Shown here piece after piece: positions 1-9,946 of a DNA stretch of 64,000 bases (positions are counted from its first letter, which is position 1; the number at the start of each line of letters is the position of its first letter). The notes beneath the pieces were generated by a model. The model was not told the DNA's origin and made no database searches. It saw only the letters and a program-made list of their open reading frames with translations. The translations under genes and the position numbers were made by a program. The DNA lies in the NCBI GenBank assembly GCA_964599455.1, contig CAZREA010000001.1, forward strand, positions 71,687 through 135,686, given 5' to 3'. The DNA is from an uncultured Gammaproteobacteria bacterium. Lineage in GTDB: Bacteria > Patescibacteriota > Patescibacteriia > UBA9934.

Positions 1-899
1 TCTTTCGTAGACATTTTTTGTTTGGTTACGGGTTGTAACTCAAGAATCTCAAGAGCATTTGTTGCGGTTCCGAAAAAGAGACGCTTGTTTTCGATTACGA
101 GTTTTCCTGGCTGAAGTTTTCGATCGGTGTACGCAAGTTGATGTATCTTTACTTCAATTTTTGCACCATCTTGGAGAATAAATGCGGTTGAAAGTCCAGG
201 CCACGGGGTGTAGGCACGCAGCTTTTGCTCAATGACTTCAGCCGGTTCTTGCCAGTTGATGCGTCCATCTTCACGAGAGAGGAGTTTGCAATAGGTTGCT
301 TGCGGGTGATTTTGTTCTTGAGGAGTAATGGCACCTTGAGCAAGCTTTTTCAGCGTTTCTAAAAGAAGCGGAGCGCCAAGATTGATCACCTTTTCGGTTA
401 ATGATGGCGTCGTTTCGTTTTTTGTGAGAGGGAAGCGTATTTGTGCCAATAGAGGTCCATGATCCATTTCGGCATCAATAAGCATAATGGTGATGCCCGT
501 TTCGTTGTCACCATGAGCGATGGCTGCTTGCATGGGTGAAGGGCCACGCCACTTCGGCAAGAGTGAGGGATGTACATTTATGTTCCCTAAACGAGGGATA
601 TCAAGAATATGCTGAGGGATAATGCGACCGTAGGCAACGATCACAAAGGCATCGGCATTGAGTGTGCGAAGTGATTCGGCGAAGGCGGGATCTTTGAGTT
701 TGGTTGGCTGGAAAACGGGACGATCGGAATGGCGGGTAAGAAAGGTTTGTTTTGTTGCCGGAGGGGTGAGGATCTTTTTTCGTCCTTGCGGTTCATCGGT
801 CTGACAAACAAGACCGACAACAACAAAAAAAGGATCATCAAGCAGTGCTTGTAAAAAAGATGCAGAAAATGCAGGCGTACCAAAATAGATGACGCGCAT
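1..899 (-). CDS. fmt: Methionyl-tRNA formyltransferase (runs off the left edge; absent from the ORF track)
   Basis: Manual translation from ATG at 899 gives MRVIYFGTPAFSASFLQALL..VCQTDEPQGRKKILTPP, later INVHPSLLPKWRGPSPMQAAI and MDHGPL (Fmt signatures). Lies directly downstream of def. Confidence 0.95.
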   Translation of the reverse strand, partial: MRVIYFGTPAFSASFLQALLDDPFFVVVGLVCQTDEPQGRKKILTPPATKQTFLTRHSDRPVFQPTKLKDPAFAESLRTLNADAFVIVAYGRIIPQHILDIPRLGNINVHPSLLPKWRGPSPMQAAIAHGDNETGITIMLIDAEMDHGPLLAQIRFPLTKNETTPSLTEKVINLGAPLLLETLKKLAQGAITPQEQNHPQATYCKLLSREDGRINWQEPAEVIEQKLRAYTPWPGLSTAFILQDGAKIEVKIHQLAYTDRKLQPGKLVIENKRLFFGTATNALEILELQPVTKQKMSTK

Positions 900-902
900 A
901 GA

Positions 903-1373
903 TTATTTTCTTCCCCGAATTTTTTCAGCCCGATCAATAAATAGAATGCCGTCTAAGTGATCAATTTCATGCTGAAAAATAATCGCCAACAGATCGGTGG
1001 CATTGATGGTTTCTTCCACCCCTTGTTCGTTATAGGTTTTGACGGTCACGCTGCGATGACGCTTGACGATGCCTGAACATTCAGGAACCGATAAGCAACC
1101 CTCGGTGCCATTGATCATTTTAAATGATCGTTGCGTAATGACCGGATTAAAAAAAGCACGTGGACCTTGGTCGGGCGTGTCGACAATAATAATGCGTTTG
1201 TGAATGCCTACTTGCGGTGCGGCAATACCGATACCATCTTCTATAGCCATGGTTTCTTTGAGATCCTGCACAAACTGCTCCATGTCAGGCGTAGAAATTT
1301 CCGCAACCGCAATCGGCTGCGAAACAATACGCAGTTGTTCATTCGGTTCTTGAAGTACGGGGTAAGTCGCCAT
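903..1373 (-). CDS. def: Peptide deformylase
   Basis: Motifs GIGIAAPQVG, EGCLS and QHEIDHLDG. Start could also be 1382. Confidence 0.97.
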   Translation of the reverse strand: MATYPVLQEPNEQLRIVSQPIAVAEISTPDMEQFVQDLKETMAIEDGIGIAAPQVGIHKRIIIVDTPDQGPRAFFNPVITQRSFKMINGTEGCLSVPECSGIVKRHRSVTVKTYNEQGVEETINATDLLAIIFQHEIDHLDGILFIDRAEKIRGRK

Positions 1374-3213
1374 AGGGTCCATCGAGAGTTAGGGTCCAGG
1401 AGGAGGGAAGTGAGCCGTAGAGGTCGGGTATACCCGACCCCTTGTTAGAAAACGAAGGAAAACGCAGAACAAATGTTTTTTTATCATCCTTCTCTTGTTT
1501 CTGTACGAGATAGGAATCCAATTCTTTTGGTAAATCATCTCCTTTTTTTGAGCTGAGATGCAGCTCATAACCAAATGGCGGTAAGCCATAGGTTTGCCGA
1601 AGATGAAATTCTTTTTCAAGAGCCTGTTCAACGGATAAGAAGTTGGTTATTTCATCCGGAAGCCAAGTTTGTGCGAGGCACTTTGCCTTTTGCCGATGGG
1701 CAAAGAAAGTGAGACGCAGGAGGTGACGAGCGGTATGTTCTTGAGCTCGGAAATTGAGATGATGAAGTGAAAGATCAGTAGCAAGATCAGCGACCAGGTC
1801 AAATTGCTGCTCCATAAACGGAACTGCAAGACTGGTAAAGAAATATTCTGTCGCAATCAAGATGTCAGCTGCCTGCCAATGGTCGTTTTCACCTTTTTGT
1901 GCAAGGGCAATGCGCGCATCAGGGAATGCTTGCTGCAGTGTGTGAGCGACTTTTTCTCCTCCCATGCCAACGTATTTGAGTGTGCGTTTTTGGCAAGAAG
2001 GGCAATGGTCTGGCACCCACATTTCAGCAAAGCATCGGTCACAGACCAAGTCCTCGGCGCGAATAGTAGGGATATTGCCACAAGTACCGCACAGAGGAAC
2101 GTAGCCGCAGGCGCTACACTGCAAGCGTCTGGCTACTCCTTTACGGTTAAGAAAGAGTAGCACCTTTTTTTGGCTCTGTAAAGCCATTTTTATCTCATTC
2201 AAGAGAGTGTTGGTGAGTAGGGGATTCGCCGTGCGTTCTTCTTTATTACGCAGATTGATGATTTGGGGAAAGGTAGTGGCATCAAGTCGCGTCAGAAGCG
2301 GATGAATACACGTGGACGTGGGTGTAGAGACGAGTCGCTGACTCGTCTCTGTCTTATCGACCAAGGTCATATACAGGTCCTCAGGTCGTGGCAACGGATC
2401 TATGTTGATCATGCGAGCCTGGTGTTGCTGGGCAAGAAGAAAAGCAGCCTCACGTGGATCAAAACGAGGATTGCGGCGCTGATTGGCAAATTCATCGTTT
2501 CCCGAACCAAGAACGAGTACATAGCCGAGTTGCCGAGGAAACCAAAGAGCCGCTTGTTTCGTGCCAACTAAAAGAGGAATCTGTCCGTTTCTCCAATCCT
2601 CACAGCGTTGCTTTCGTTGTAGTAATGAGGTCATGCCCGTCACTACGGAAGTGAGGTTTTGTGGAAGATAACTTGCAATACTTTCTGCATCTTTGTCATG
2701 GGGAACGAGAATGAACATTTGCTCTCCTTTTTTTAGTTGTTTTGCTAATCCTAATGCTAGCGCAATACCTACTTCGTTGTCTGCGGCTATTGATAAAAAT
2801 TGTTCATTACGTTGCAGAACATCATGAATAAACGCAATATCTTCCTGTGACAATCGTGCCTGTTGTTTTGTATAGCTGATTGTCCGAGATGTACGAGTGT
2901 TCTTTCTTTCTTCGGGAAGCGCGTAAGCGAAAAGTGAGCTGGGTGATTGAGCAATTATCCGGGCAATATGTTTAATACGCTCGATGTCTTGTGGGGTGAG
3001 ATAGGGTGTTTTCACTACGCGCTCAAGCGTGAGTAAGTTTTCTCTCTCATCTTGTTGTTCGACAACACCACAGACAATGCCGTGTAGTATTCTTCCACGA
3101 AACGAACAAAGAATAAGATCACCAACTTGTACGGTAAGGTGCTTAGGGATGAGAAAATCAAAAAAGGTGCAGTGACGAGGCAAGCGAGTAATCGGATATA
3201 CTCGTGCGATCAT
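1339..3213 (-). CDS. priA: Primosomal protein N' (PriA), ATPase motifs degenerate
   Basis: N-terminal 3'-DNA-binding-like domain (FDFLIP..VGDL..FRGR), NPRFDPRE, LFLNRKG, four CxxC pairs, LPPF. Conserved priA-def-fmt order. Confidence 0.9.
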   Translation of the reverse strand: MIARVYPITRLPRHCTFFDFLIPKHLTVQVGDLILCSFRGRILHGIVCGVVEQQDERENLLTLERVVKTPYLTPQDIERIKHIARIIAQSPSSLFAYALPEERKNTRTSRTISYTKQQARLSQEDIAFIHDVLQRNEQFLSIAADNEVGIALALGLAKQLKKGEQMFILVPHDKDAESIASYLPQNLTSVVTGMTSLLQRKQRCEDWRNGQIPLLVGTKQAALWFPRQLGYVLVLGSGNDEFANQRRNPRFDPREAAFLLAQQHQARMINIDPLPRPEDLYMTLVDKTETSQRLVSTPTSTCIHPLLTRLDATTFPQIINLRNKEERTANPLLTNTLLNEIKMALQSQKKVLLFLNRKGVARRLQCSACGYVPLCGTCGNIPTIRAEDLVCDRCFAEMWVPDHCPSCQKRTLKYVGMGGEKVAHTLQQAFPDARIALAQKGENDHWQAADILIATEYFFTSLAVPFMEQQFDLVADLATDLSLHHLNFRAQEHTARHLLRLTFFAHRQKAKCLAQTWLPDEITNFLSVEQALEKEFHLRQTYGLPPFGYELHLSSKKGDDLPKELDSYLVQKQEKDDKKTFVLRFPSFSNKGSGIPDLYGSLPSSWTLTLDGPYGDLPRTSRTE

Positions 3214-3956
3214 AACAGAAATTCCGCAACCACATAGCCGGCATCAAACGGAGATGAAATGCTACGAATTTCTGCACGCGTAGCAAAGCCATCAAGCATG
3301 CCAAAAAGAAGAGAGAGCGAACGATAACTGGCATCATTTTCATTTTCTTTCATCTCTGGTGCGAGTTTTAATAGGCTAGCGGTGCTTTTTTCTTCTAGGG
3401 TGATACGCATCGTTTCTAGATGAGCGACTGATACGTCACCTGTTGCAAGAATAGCGATGCGTTTCGAGCTTTCGCTCAAGACATGCTTCAGAGAAATACC
3501 GATATCGAAATGTTTTTTTGCATCAAATTGTTGTGCAGGAATAATAGGAACAATTTTTATTTTTGTCAGTCGTCGCGATAAGAAAAAAAGTGCTGAAGCT
3601 ACGCCAAAAGGAAGACTCGATTCAGTTGAAAGAGTGAGCGCTACGTCACGATGACGCGCGAATCGCTGCAGAGCATCAATAACCGAAAAGTCAGGATGAT
3701 AGCGAGCGACACTACTTAAATCACCGAATGATGATAGGTCAACGGTGTAGGGGTCGGCAACATCAATGCAGGTGGCGTCAGGATAGGCAAAGCGTGATTC
3801 TGTAATCACCACAATCGTTTCAATTTTTCGAGCATACCACTCATCGGCCAGCTCTTCGAGGGCGGTGACTGCTTCCTGTACCTCTGCTCGTTTGTGTTTG
3901 TTGACACTTTCAAGAAGAAGAGGAGAAGAAGGTGCGAATGCAGCGGTGATAAGCAT
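3210..3956 (-). CDS. LigB/MEMO-like (class III extradiol dioxygenase subunit B fold) protein, metal ligands apparently lost
   Basis: Overall pattern AFAPSSPLL..ETIVVI..LSSFGD..KIVPI..RIAILATGD..PFDAGYVVAEF matches the family by eye. Confidence 0.65.
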   Translation of the reverse strand: MLITAAFAPSSPLLLESVNKHKRAEVQEAVTALEELADEWYARKIETIVVITESRFAYPDATCIDVADPYTVDLSSFGDLSSVARYHPDFSVIDALQRFARHRDVALTLSTESSLPFGVASALFFLSRRLTKIKIVPIIPAQQFDAKKHFDIGISLKHVLSESSKRIAILATGDVSVAHLETMRITLEEKSTASLLKLAPEMKENENDASYRSLSLLFGMLDGFATRAEIRSISSPFDAGYVVAEFLL

Positions 3957-3963
3957 AGAAAAT

Positions 3964-5370
3964 CTAATTCACACTTGCCGCCTGCACCTCATCATCAATA
4001 GCGGTATCAAGGGTATCACCGAGCGGGTGGAGTTCAAGAACATTATCGGCAATGACCATGACGTTTTCCCAGGCATAGCCATATGACGTAAAGACCGATT
4101 CTGAGGCAATCGGCAAGCGTTCGCCATCGGCAATGACGTAGACCGCAGGTTCAGAGGGTGAACGTACAAGCACGCCATCAGGCAAGGTGACAGGTGATCC
4201 TTCTTTAAATTGTTCAATCTCAGTTGGCGTGGCAGCAGTTAATCGATATCCAGGGAAACGAATAGTAAGAAGCGTGGCATCAAAAAGCGGGTGACGTATA
4301 CCGTCTTGCACATAGAAAACTGCACCATTGGTAGAGAGTTGGTACAAAGCTCCTTCCGGAGCAATGGTTTTTAAGGTGATGCTGTCGCCCAGATCGTATG
4401 TAGCCCGATCTGTATTGCTAACTGAAACGATCTCATCTTCAGAGAAACCGATTTTGCGGAAGGTTTCCATGGAGTCAATTGGTCGTAGTGCATCATCGAC
4501 CAGTAAGAAAATAGTGCCATTTTCATCTTGTAAGAGTGAGTAGTTGGGGAAGGAAATGGCATCACCTTCGGGATAGCTTTCCAAAACGGTTTTGGAAACT
4601 TGGACAATCAAATCAGGATTAAAACGTGATCGCAATGCGCTTTCTGACGTGATAGGGCGTCGGTATCCATTCTGCAAAAGATACACACCCTCTTCTCCTG
4701 GCACTTGCATTAATGTTCCACTGGGATATTCGCGTCCAAACCATGTTTGCCACAAGTAGGCAAAGTTTTTGTTTCCATGTAGATGCGGTGTGTAGGCGTA
4801 TAACGCTGCAGTGGCCGCATTTTCTGGAGTCACCTTCTCGCCGTCGATGGTGACGGTGATGTCGGGGCCATATTTTCCGGCGGTGTAACCATGAGCGGCA
4901 ATATCGGTAAGGTAGCCTTCGGTAAATTGTAAGGCTGTGGAGTTGATTTGCTTGCCAAAACCTTGCCAACGCTGCACGGCTGGATCGTTCATGCTGCAAT
5001 CATCACAAACGCCATAGCCCATTGCCCAATCCAATTGCTTTTGCGTTGGATCTTCATCCTCAATCAAACTTTGTTCTTTTTGCAGCATGACAAGAAGTAC
5101 CTTCGGGTTGATGCCGTGATTTTGCGAGGCATACCAAATAATGTCCGCCGCCCAACGTTTTCGCCCCTCATGATCTTCCAGGCGCATAGAGCCCAGCGCT
5201 CCTCGAGTCGAAAGAAACGCACGAATTTGATTGAGGTCCATGCCATACGAGTCGGTCATCTCCTCATCGGAGATAATGTAGTTTGGATCAAAGGCCAGTG
5301 CTGAAGAAAAAGGGAGAAAAACCGTGGTTGCCAGAAGAAAAGCAGAAGATAATCGTTGGAGTCGGTTCAT
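3964..5370 (-). CDS. Secreted cell-surface protein: lysozyme-like/'hemagglutinin' N-terminal domain plus C-terminal repeats
   Basis: Signal peptide (..SSALA|FDPNYIISD), INPKVLLVMLQKEQSL, NAATAALYAYTPH, then about four repeats of G.L....VY....G.R.PI. Confidence 0.7.
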   Translation of the reverse strand: MNRLQRLSSAFLLATTVFLPFSSALAFDPNYIISDEEMTDSYGMDLNQIRAFLSTRGALGSMRLEDHEGRKRWAADIIWYASQNHGINPKVLLVMLQKEQSLIEDEDPTQKQLDWAMGYGVCDDCSMNDPAVQRWQGFGKQINSTALQFTEGYLTDIAAHGYTAGKYGPDITVTIDGEKVTPENAATAALYAYTPHLHGNKNFAYLWQTWFGREYPSGTLMQVPGEEGVYLLQNGYRRPITSESALRSRFNPDLIVQVSKTVLESYPEGDAISFPNYSLLQDENGTIFLLVDDALRPIDSMETFRKIGFSEDEIVSVSNTDRATYDLGDSITLKTIAPEGALYQLSTNGAVFYVQDGIRHPLFDATLLTIRFPGYRLTAATPTEIEQFKEGSPVTLPDGVLVRSPSEPAVYVIADGERLPIASESVFTSYGYAWENVMVIADNVLELHPLGDTLDTAIDDEVQAASVN

Positions 5371-5524
5371 ACACGGAGAGTATAGCAAAAGCGGACCCTT
5401 GTGAGGAGATCGCGCATGTCATTGCGAGGTAATCCATGATTCTTTGAAGGTTGCCGAAGTAATCTCTGAGGACGTGCAGTTACCTCTTCACCTGATTCTT
5501 TTTTCCTGCTACGCTATTCCCACT

Positions 5525-6031
5525 ATGCATCTCTCTATTGGTTCCAAGGCACCGGATGTGTGCCAGGTGGTTATCGAGGTTCCTAAGGGTAGTCAGAATA
5601 AGTACGAATTCGATAAGGAGCAGGGAATTGTGAAGCTTGATCGCGTGCTCTTTGCACCGATGTTCTATCCGTGCGATTATGGGTTTTTCCCGGAAACGCT
5701 GGGTGGTGATGGTGATCCACTCGACGCACTCGTAATGGTGACGAACCCACTTTTTCCTGGTGTTGCCGTTGATGTTCGCCCTATCGGTGTGCTGATCATG
5801 AGTGACGATAAAGGTGAAGATGAAAAGATTTTGGCGGTTGCCAAGGATGACCCACGCTTTAAACACATTAATGATTTACGTGACGTGACTGAACATTTCA
5901 AAAACGAAATTTCCTTTTTCTTCCAATACTACAAAGTACTCGAAAACAAGAAGGTCGTTATCGAAGGCTGGAAAGATGCGGCAGAAGCAAAGCGTTTGAT
6001 CGTGGAAGGCATGGAACGAGCGAAGAAATAA
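5525..6031 (+). CDS. ppa: Inorganic pyrophosphatase (family I)
   Basis: EVPKGSQNKYE, YPCDYG, DGDPLD, DEKI, FFQYYK motifs. Confidence 0.97.
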   Translation: MHLSIGSKAPDVCQVVIEVPKGSQNKYEFDKEQGIVKLDRVLFAPMFYPCDYGFFPETLGGDGDPLDALVMVTNPLFPGVAVDVRPIGVLIMSDDKGEDEKILAVAKDDPRFKHINDLRDVTEHFKNEISFFFQYYKVLENKKVVIEGWKDAAEAKRLIVEGMERAKK

Positions 6032-6061
6032 TAAAATCCCCCGAAGCTTCGGGGGATTTTA
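6032..6061. terminator. Bidirectional intrinsic terminator between ppa and the convergent carF-like gene
   Basis: Perfect 30-bp palindrome TAAAATCCCCCGAAGCTTCGGGGGATTTTA between convergent stop codons. Confidence 0.85.
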
Positions 6062-6751
6062 GATCTCATCACTTTTCGGCATGATCGGTGAGAGCAAGCG
6101 TTTGGTCTGCGGGAAGAAATGTATTTTATTGAGCAAGGGATTGAGCCAGCCGGTGGTGATACAGAAATCGCTGGTGTAGGGAGCGGTGTGATGAAGTTGG
6201 TGATGTGTGGGTGAAAGAATGAAGTGGTGTTTTTGTAACCAGGCAATTGATGCGGGTGCTTTATCGAGGTGCGCCCATTTGTGGAATTGATTGGTCGCGA
6301 AAATGCCGAGAATAAACACCAGTGCCGTTAAAAAGAACCAGGCTCCCCAACCATTCTGCAAGGCAGATTCCGGAACCAAAAAGACAAGTGCAAGAAGAAC
6401 GGGAAGACTGGCAAAACAATTATGCCCATTTGTTTCAATAAAACCATGTCGCGTAATATCTTTTTCATCAACGTGATGTTCTCGGAAAGGCTCCACAAAG
6501 AATGGACCAAAGATTGGTGTGGAACGACTGCCAAACGTATCTCCTAGAAAGTGTACAAACCCTGACGTAAAATCTGCCAAAAGATAACCGATGATGATAG
6601 CGCTAAGGACAGCGATCCAATCAAGTGGTTGATCACTGACAAAAACATAAGGAATGACGTACAGCAAACGAATAAAAGCCCAGATCACTAAAGCGAAAAA
6701 GGCAAAAATAGCAGCTGCATCAACGATAAGAATCCATTTGGGATGTTTCAT
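6059..6751 (-). CDS. carF: CarF/TMEM189 (PEDS1)-family membrane lipid desaturase
   Basis: ADFTSGFVH..DTFGS..TPIFG..F.EPFREHH.D..ITRH.FIETNG, NQFHKWAH, HHQLHHTAPY..FCITTGWLNP. Four hydrophobic helices. Confidence 0.88.
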   Translation of the reverse strand: MKHPKWILIVDAAAIFAFFALVIWAFIRLLYVIPYVFVSDQPLDWIAVLSAIIIGYLLADFTSGFVHFLGDTFGSRSTPIFGPFFVEPFREHHVDEKDITRHGFIETNGHNCFASLPVLLALVFLVPESALQNGWGAWFFLTALVFILGIFATNQFHKWAHLDKAPASIAWLQKHHFILSPTHHQLHHTAPYTSDFCITTGWLNPLLNKIHFFPQTKRLLSPIMPKSDEI

Positions 6752-6756
6752 AGCCA

Positions 6757-6780
6757 AAGGCACGGAAATTTCCGTGCCTT
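6757..6780 (-). terminator. Hairpin between clpB and carF (weak terminator or processing/stability stem)
   Basis: Perfect palindrome AAGGCACGGAAATTTCCGTGCCTT, 3 nt after the clpB stop, with only a short U tract. Confidence 0.55.
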
Positions 6781-6783
6781 ATC

Positions 6784-9411
6784 TTACTTGATTTTGATAT
6801 CAATGTCATCTTTTTTGGCGTCGATGGTAACAATAGCCTCTTCGGGTACATCGCTTTTAATAATATGCATGGCCAAAGGGTCGAGCAGGAGATTTTGAAT
6901 AACCCGTTTTAGCGGGCGAGCGCCGTAATGCGGATCAAACCCTTTTTGTGCCAAGAGTTTTTTAGCTTTCTCGGTAATTTTTACGGTAATACCTCGATTT
7001 TCTTTGAGACGTTTGCTGACAAGCTCCAATTGCAGTTCAACCACTTGACCAATTTGTTCTTGGGTAAGGGGATGGAAAACGATCGTATCGTCGACACGAT
7101 TTAAGAATTCCGGACGGAACTGCTCCTTCAGGAGTTCAAGAATTTTTTTCTTCATGGGGTTTTCATCCTGAGCTTCTGAGGTGAATCCGATACCGTCCAT
7201 TTTTCCGCCCGAAAGAATCATGTCGCTACCGATGTTCGATGTCATGATAATGATTGTATTTTTGAAGTTGACGGTACGACCCTTGGCGTCAGTCAGTCGA
7301 CCATCGTCAAGAATTTGTAATAGTGCATGGAAGATATCAGGATGCGCTTTTTCAATTTCATCAAACAGGAGTACGCTGTACGGTCGACGACGAACGATTT
7401 CGGTTAATTGTCCGCCTTCATCGTAGCCAATATATCCTGGCGGTGAACCAATCATGCGTGACACGCTGTGTTTTTCCATGTATTCGCTCATGTCTAAACG
7501 AATCAGCGCTTTCTCGTCATTAAACATGAATTCTGCCAGTGCTTTGGCGAGTTCGGTTTTCCCAACGCCGGTTGGACCCAGGAAAATAAACGAACCAATC
7601 GGACGTTTTTCTTCCGAGATGCCTGCGCGCGATCGGCGCAAGGCATTAGAAACGGCATTGATGGCTTCTTCTTGTCCCACCACACGTTTTTTGAGCTCAT
7701 CTTCCATGCGTGCGAGTTTTGCGAGCTCACTTTCGAGCATTTTGGAAACGGGGATATGCGTCCAACGTGACACCACCATGGCAATATCTTCCTCGGTAAT
7801 GACTTCTTTTAAGAGGCCGCGTTCAGCCTGAAAACGACGCAGTTCATCTTCGAGTGCAGTAAGCTTTTTTCGTCGTTCAGGAATTTGTGCGTAACGAATT
7901 TCAGCGACGCGTTCCAAATTCCCTCGGCGCTCTTCGTATTCGGCTTCATTGCCGAGTTTATCGATCTCGCCTTTGGTTTTACGAATATCAGCAATAAGAT
8001 TTTTTTCATTTTGCCAACGTAATTCTAAATCGCGACTTTTTTCATTGAGGTCAGCCAATTGCTTCTCGATTTCCTTTAGTCGTTCTTTGGCCTCTTTATC
8101 ATCTTCTTTTTGCAATGCTCGCTTTTCAATTTGCAACTTTGTTTCCTCACGCTTAAAGCGATCAAGTTCTTCAGGCATTGAATCAATTTGCAAGCGCAAG
8201 GCCGACGCGGCTTCGTCAATGAGGTCAACGGCCTTATCGGGGAGTTGACGATCAGAAATGTAGCGCGTTGACAATTCAACGGCGGCCACGATGGCATTGT
8301 CAGAAATGCGCACGCCATGATGAATTTCGTAGCGCTCTTTGGTGCCACGCAGCATGGCAATGGCATCGCTCATCGAGGGTTCAACGACAAAAATCGGTTG
8401 AAAGCGACGTTCAAGTGCCTGATCTTTCTCAATATATTTTTGATATTCTTTGGTAGTCGTAGCACCGACGACGCGTAATTCACCGCGCGCAAGTGCGGGT
8501 TTCAGCAAGTTACTTGCATCCATGGGCGAGTCGTCACCTTTACCCGCACCGACAAGCATGTGAAGTTCGTCGATAAACAGCACGTACTTTCCCTCGGCTT
8601 CACGCACTTCTTTAATGAGCGCTTTCAATCGTTCTTCGAACTCACCGCGGAATTTTGTTCCCGCAATCAGCGAACCCAAGTCAAGTGAAACCACTTCACG
8701 ATTTTGTAATGTTTCAGGTACATCTCCTGCAACAATGCGCTGCGCTAAGCCTTCAACAATTGAGGTTTTACCCACACCGGCTTCACCAATCAGCACCGGA
8801 TTATTTTTGGTGCGGCGGGAAAGTACTTGCATCACACGGCGAATTTCTTCATCACGTCCAATAATAGGATCAAGTTTACCGTGTCGAGCACGTTCGGTAA
8901 GATTCAGACAATATTTTTCAATGGCTTGATACTTGGCTTCAGGTTCGGGGGAATCGACTTTTTGACTGCCACGAAGTGCTTTGAGCGCATTGAGCATCGC
9001 TTCTTCATGTACATCAAATTGTTGCAGCAAATCTCCGGTTAAGCGATCAGACAATAAGCCCAGAAATAGATGCTCGGTGCTGACATACTCATCACCAAAT
9101 TGTTTCGCTTTTTGACCGGCTTGTTGCAAAACGGTTGCCATCGATGGTGCCAGCATCACTTGTCCAACTGTACCTCGATCCACATCGGCATGCCGAGGAA
9201 GTGATTGCAGAAGCCGTTCAATATCACCGCGCAAAGCCGAGAGAGGAACCTCCATTTTTTTGAGCATGGTAATAACAAAACCGTCTTCTTGACTCAGCAG
9301 TGAGGCTAAAAGGTGTAGTGGCTCAACGCCATGTTGTCCGTTATCATTGGCAACAAACTGTGCTCGTTGAATAGCTTCTTGAGATTTAGAGGTAAAATTG
9401 TTGGGAATCAT
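6784..9411 (-). CDS. clpB: Chaperone ClpB
   Basis: Two AAA+ modules ([16 protein letters not shown]), a long coiled-coil middle domain and RPEFLNRVD. 875 aa. Confidence 0.98.
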   Translation of the reverse strand: MIPNNFTSKSQEAIQRAQFVANDNGQHGVEPLHLLASLLSQEDGFVITMLKKMEVPLSALRGDIERLLQSLPRHADVDRGTVGQVMLAPSMATVLQQAGQKAKQFGDEYVSTEHLFLGLLSDRLTGDLLQQFDVHEEAMLNALKALRGSQKVDSPEPEAKYQAIEKYCLNLTERARHGKLDPIIGRDEEIRRVMQVLSRRTKNNPVLIGEAGVGKTSIVEGLAQRIVAGDVPETLQNREVVSLDLGSLIAGTKFRGEFEERLKALIKEVREAEGKYVLFIDELHMLVGAGKGDDSPMDASNLLKPALARGELRVVGATTTKEYQKYIEKDQALERRFQPIFVVEPSMSDAIAMLRGTKERYEIHHGVRISDNAIVAAVELSTRYISDRQLPDKAVDLIDEAASALRLQIDSMPEELDRFKREETKLQIEKRALQKEDDKEAKERLKEIEKQLADLNEKSRDLELRWQNEKNLIADIRKTKGEIDKLGNEAEYEERRGNLERVAEIRYAQIPERRKKLTALEDELRRFQAERGLLKEVITEEDIAMVVSRWTHIPVSKMLESELAKLARMEDELKKRVVGQEEAINAVSNALRRSRAGISEEKRPIGSFIFLGPTGVGKTELAKALAEFMFNDEKALIRLDMSEYMEKHSVSRMIGSPPGYIGYDEGGQLTEIVRRRPYSVLLFDEIEKAHPDIFHALLQILDDGRLTDAKGRTVNFKNTIIIMTSNIGSDMILSGGKMDGIGFTSEAQDENPMKKKILELLKEQFRPEFLNRVDDTIVFHPLTQEQIGQVVELQLELVSKRLKENRGITVKITEKAKKLLAQKGFDPHYGARPLKRVIQNLLLDPLAMHIIKSDVPEEAIVTIDAKKDDIDIKIK

Positions 9412-9417
9412 AGAAGA

Positions 9418-9444
9418 TTAGCACTCTCAATTATAGAGTGCTAA
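9418..9444. promoter_or_regulatory. CIRCE operator (HrcA binding site) upstream of clpB
   Basis: TTAGCACTC-TCAATTATA-GAGTGCTAA is an exact consensus match with a 9-nt spacer, 6 nt upstream of the clpB ATG. Confidence 0.97.
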
Positions 9445-9511
9445 AAAGATTTGTAAAGTCCAAAACACACAAGTTGCTCTCATCTCTATTTTACGCTAAT
9501 ATTGGCCGAGT

Positions 9512-9946
9512 ATGCGTTTATGGATGTTTACAACTCTTTTTATCCTTTTCGTTCTCGGCTTGCATGGTTTGGCTGAGCTATATTACTGGTACTATTTTTT
9601 GTGGTGGTATGACGTCATGATGCATTTTTTGGGCGGTGTTGCCATGGGTTTTGTCGGCGGGACATTGTGGTTTTGGCTTTATGAGGAGAAGCGTCCTGCT
9701 CAGGGAAAGATGCGTTTTTTGCAATGTGTGTTTATTTTGGGATTTGTGGGATTGATTGGTATTGGTTGGGAATGGTTTGAGGCAGGCGCTGATACCATTC
9801 TTGTTCCTCTTTTTGATCTGCCTCGTTCTCAACCTGGTCTGATCGATACCATGCTCGATTTTTACTTTGATTTACTAGGTGGAATTATTGCGTTTGCGAT
9901 TGTGGTTCTTATAGAAAAGAAAGTTCTTTCTCAAAAATCGATATGA
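9512..9946 (+). CDS. Four-TM membrane protein (VanZ/DUF2238-like)
   Basis: WWYDVMMHFLGG, IGWEWFE and DTMLD motifs. Stop overlaps the next start. Confidence 0.75.
   Translation: MRLWMFTTLFILFVLGLHGLAELYYWYYFLWWYDVMMHFLGGVAMGFVGGTLWFWLYEEKRPAQGKMRFLQCVFILGFVGLIGIGWEWFEAGADTILVPLFDLPRSQPGLIDTMLDFYFDLLGGIIAFAIVVLIEKKVLSQKSI

Noticed and set aside
149-937. Track ORFs 149-343 and 641-937
   Set aside because: They are out-of-frame overlaps of fmt, which the track missed because it runs off the window edge.
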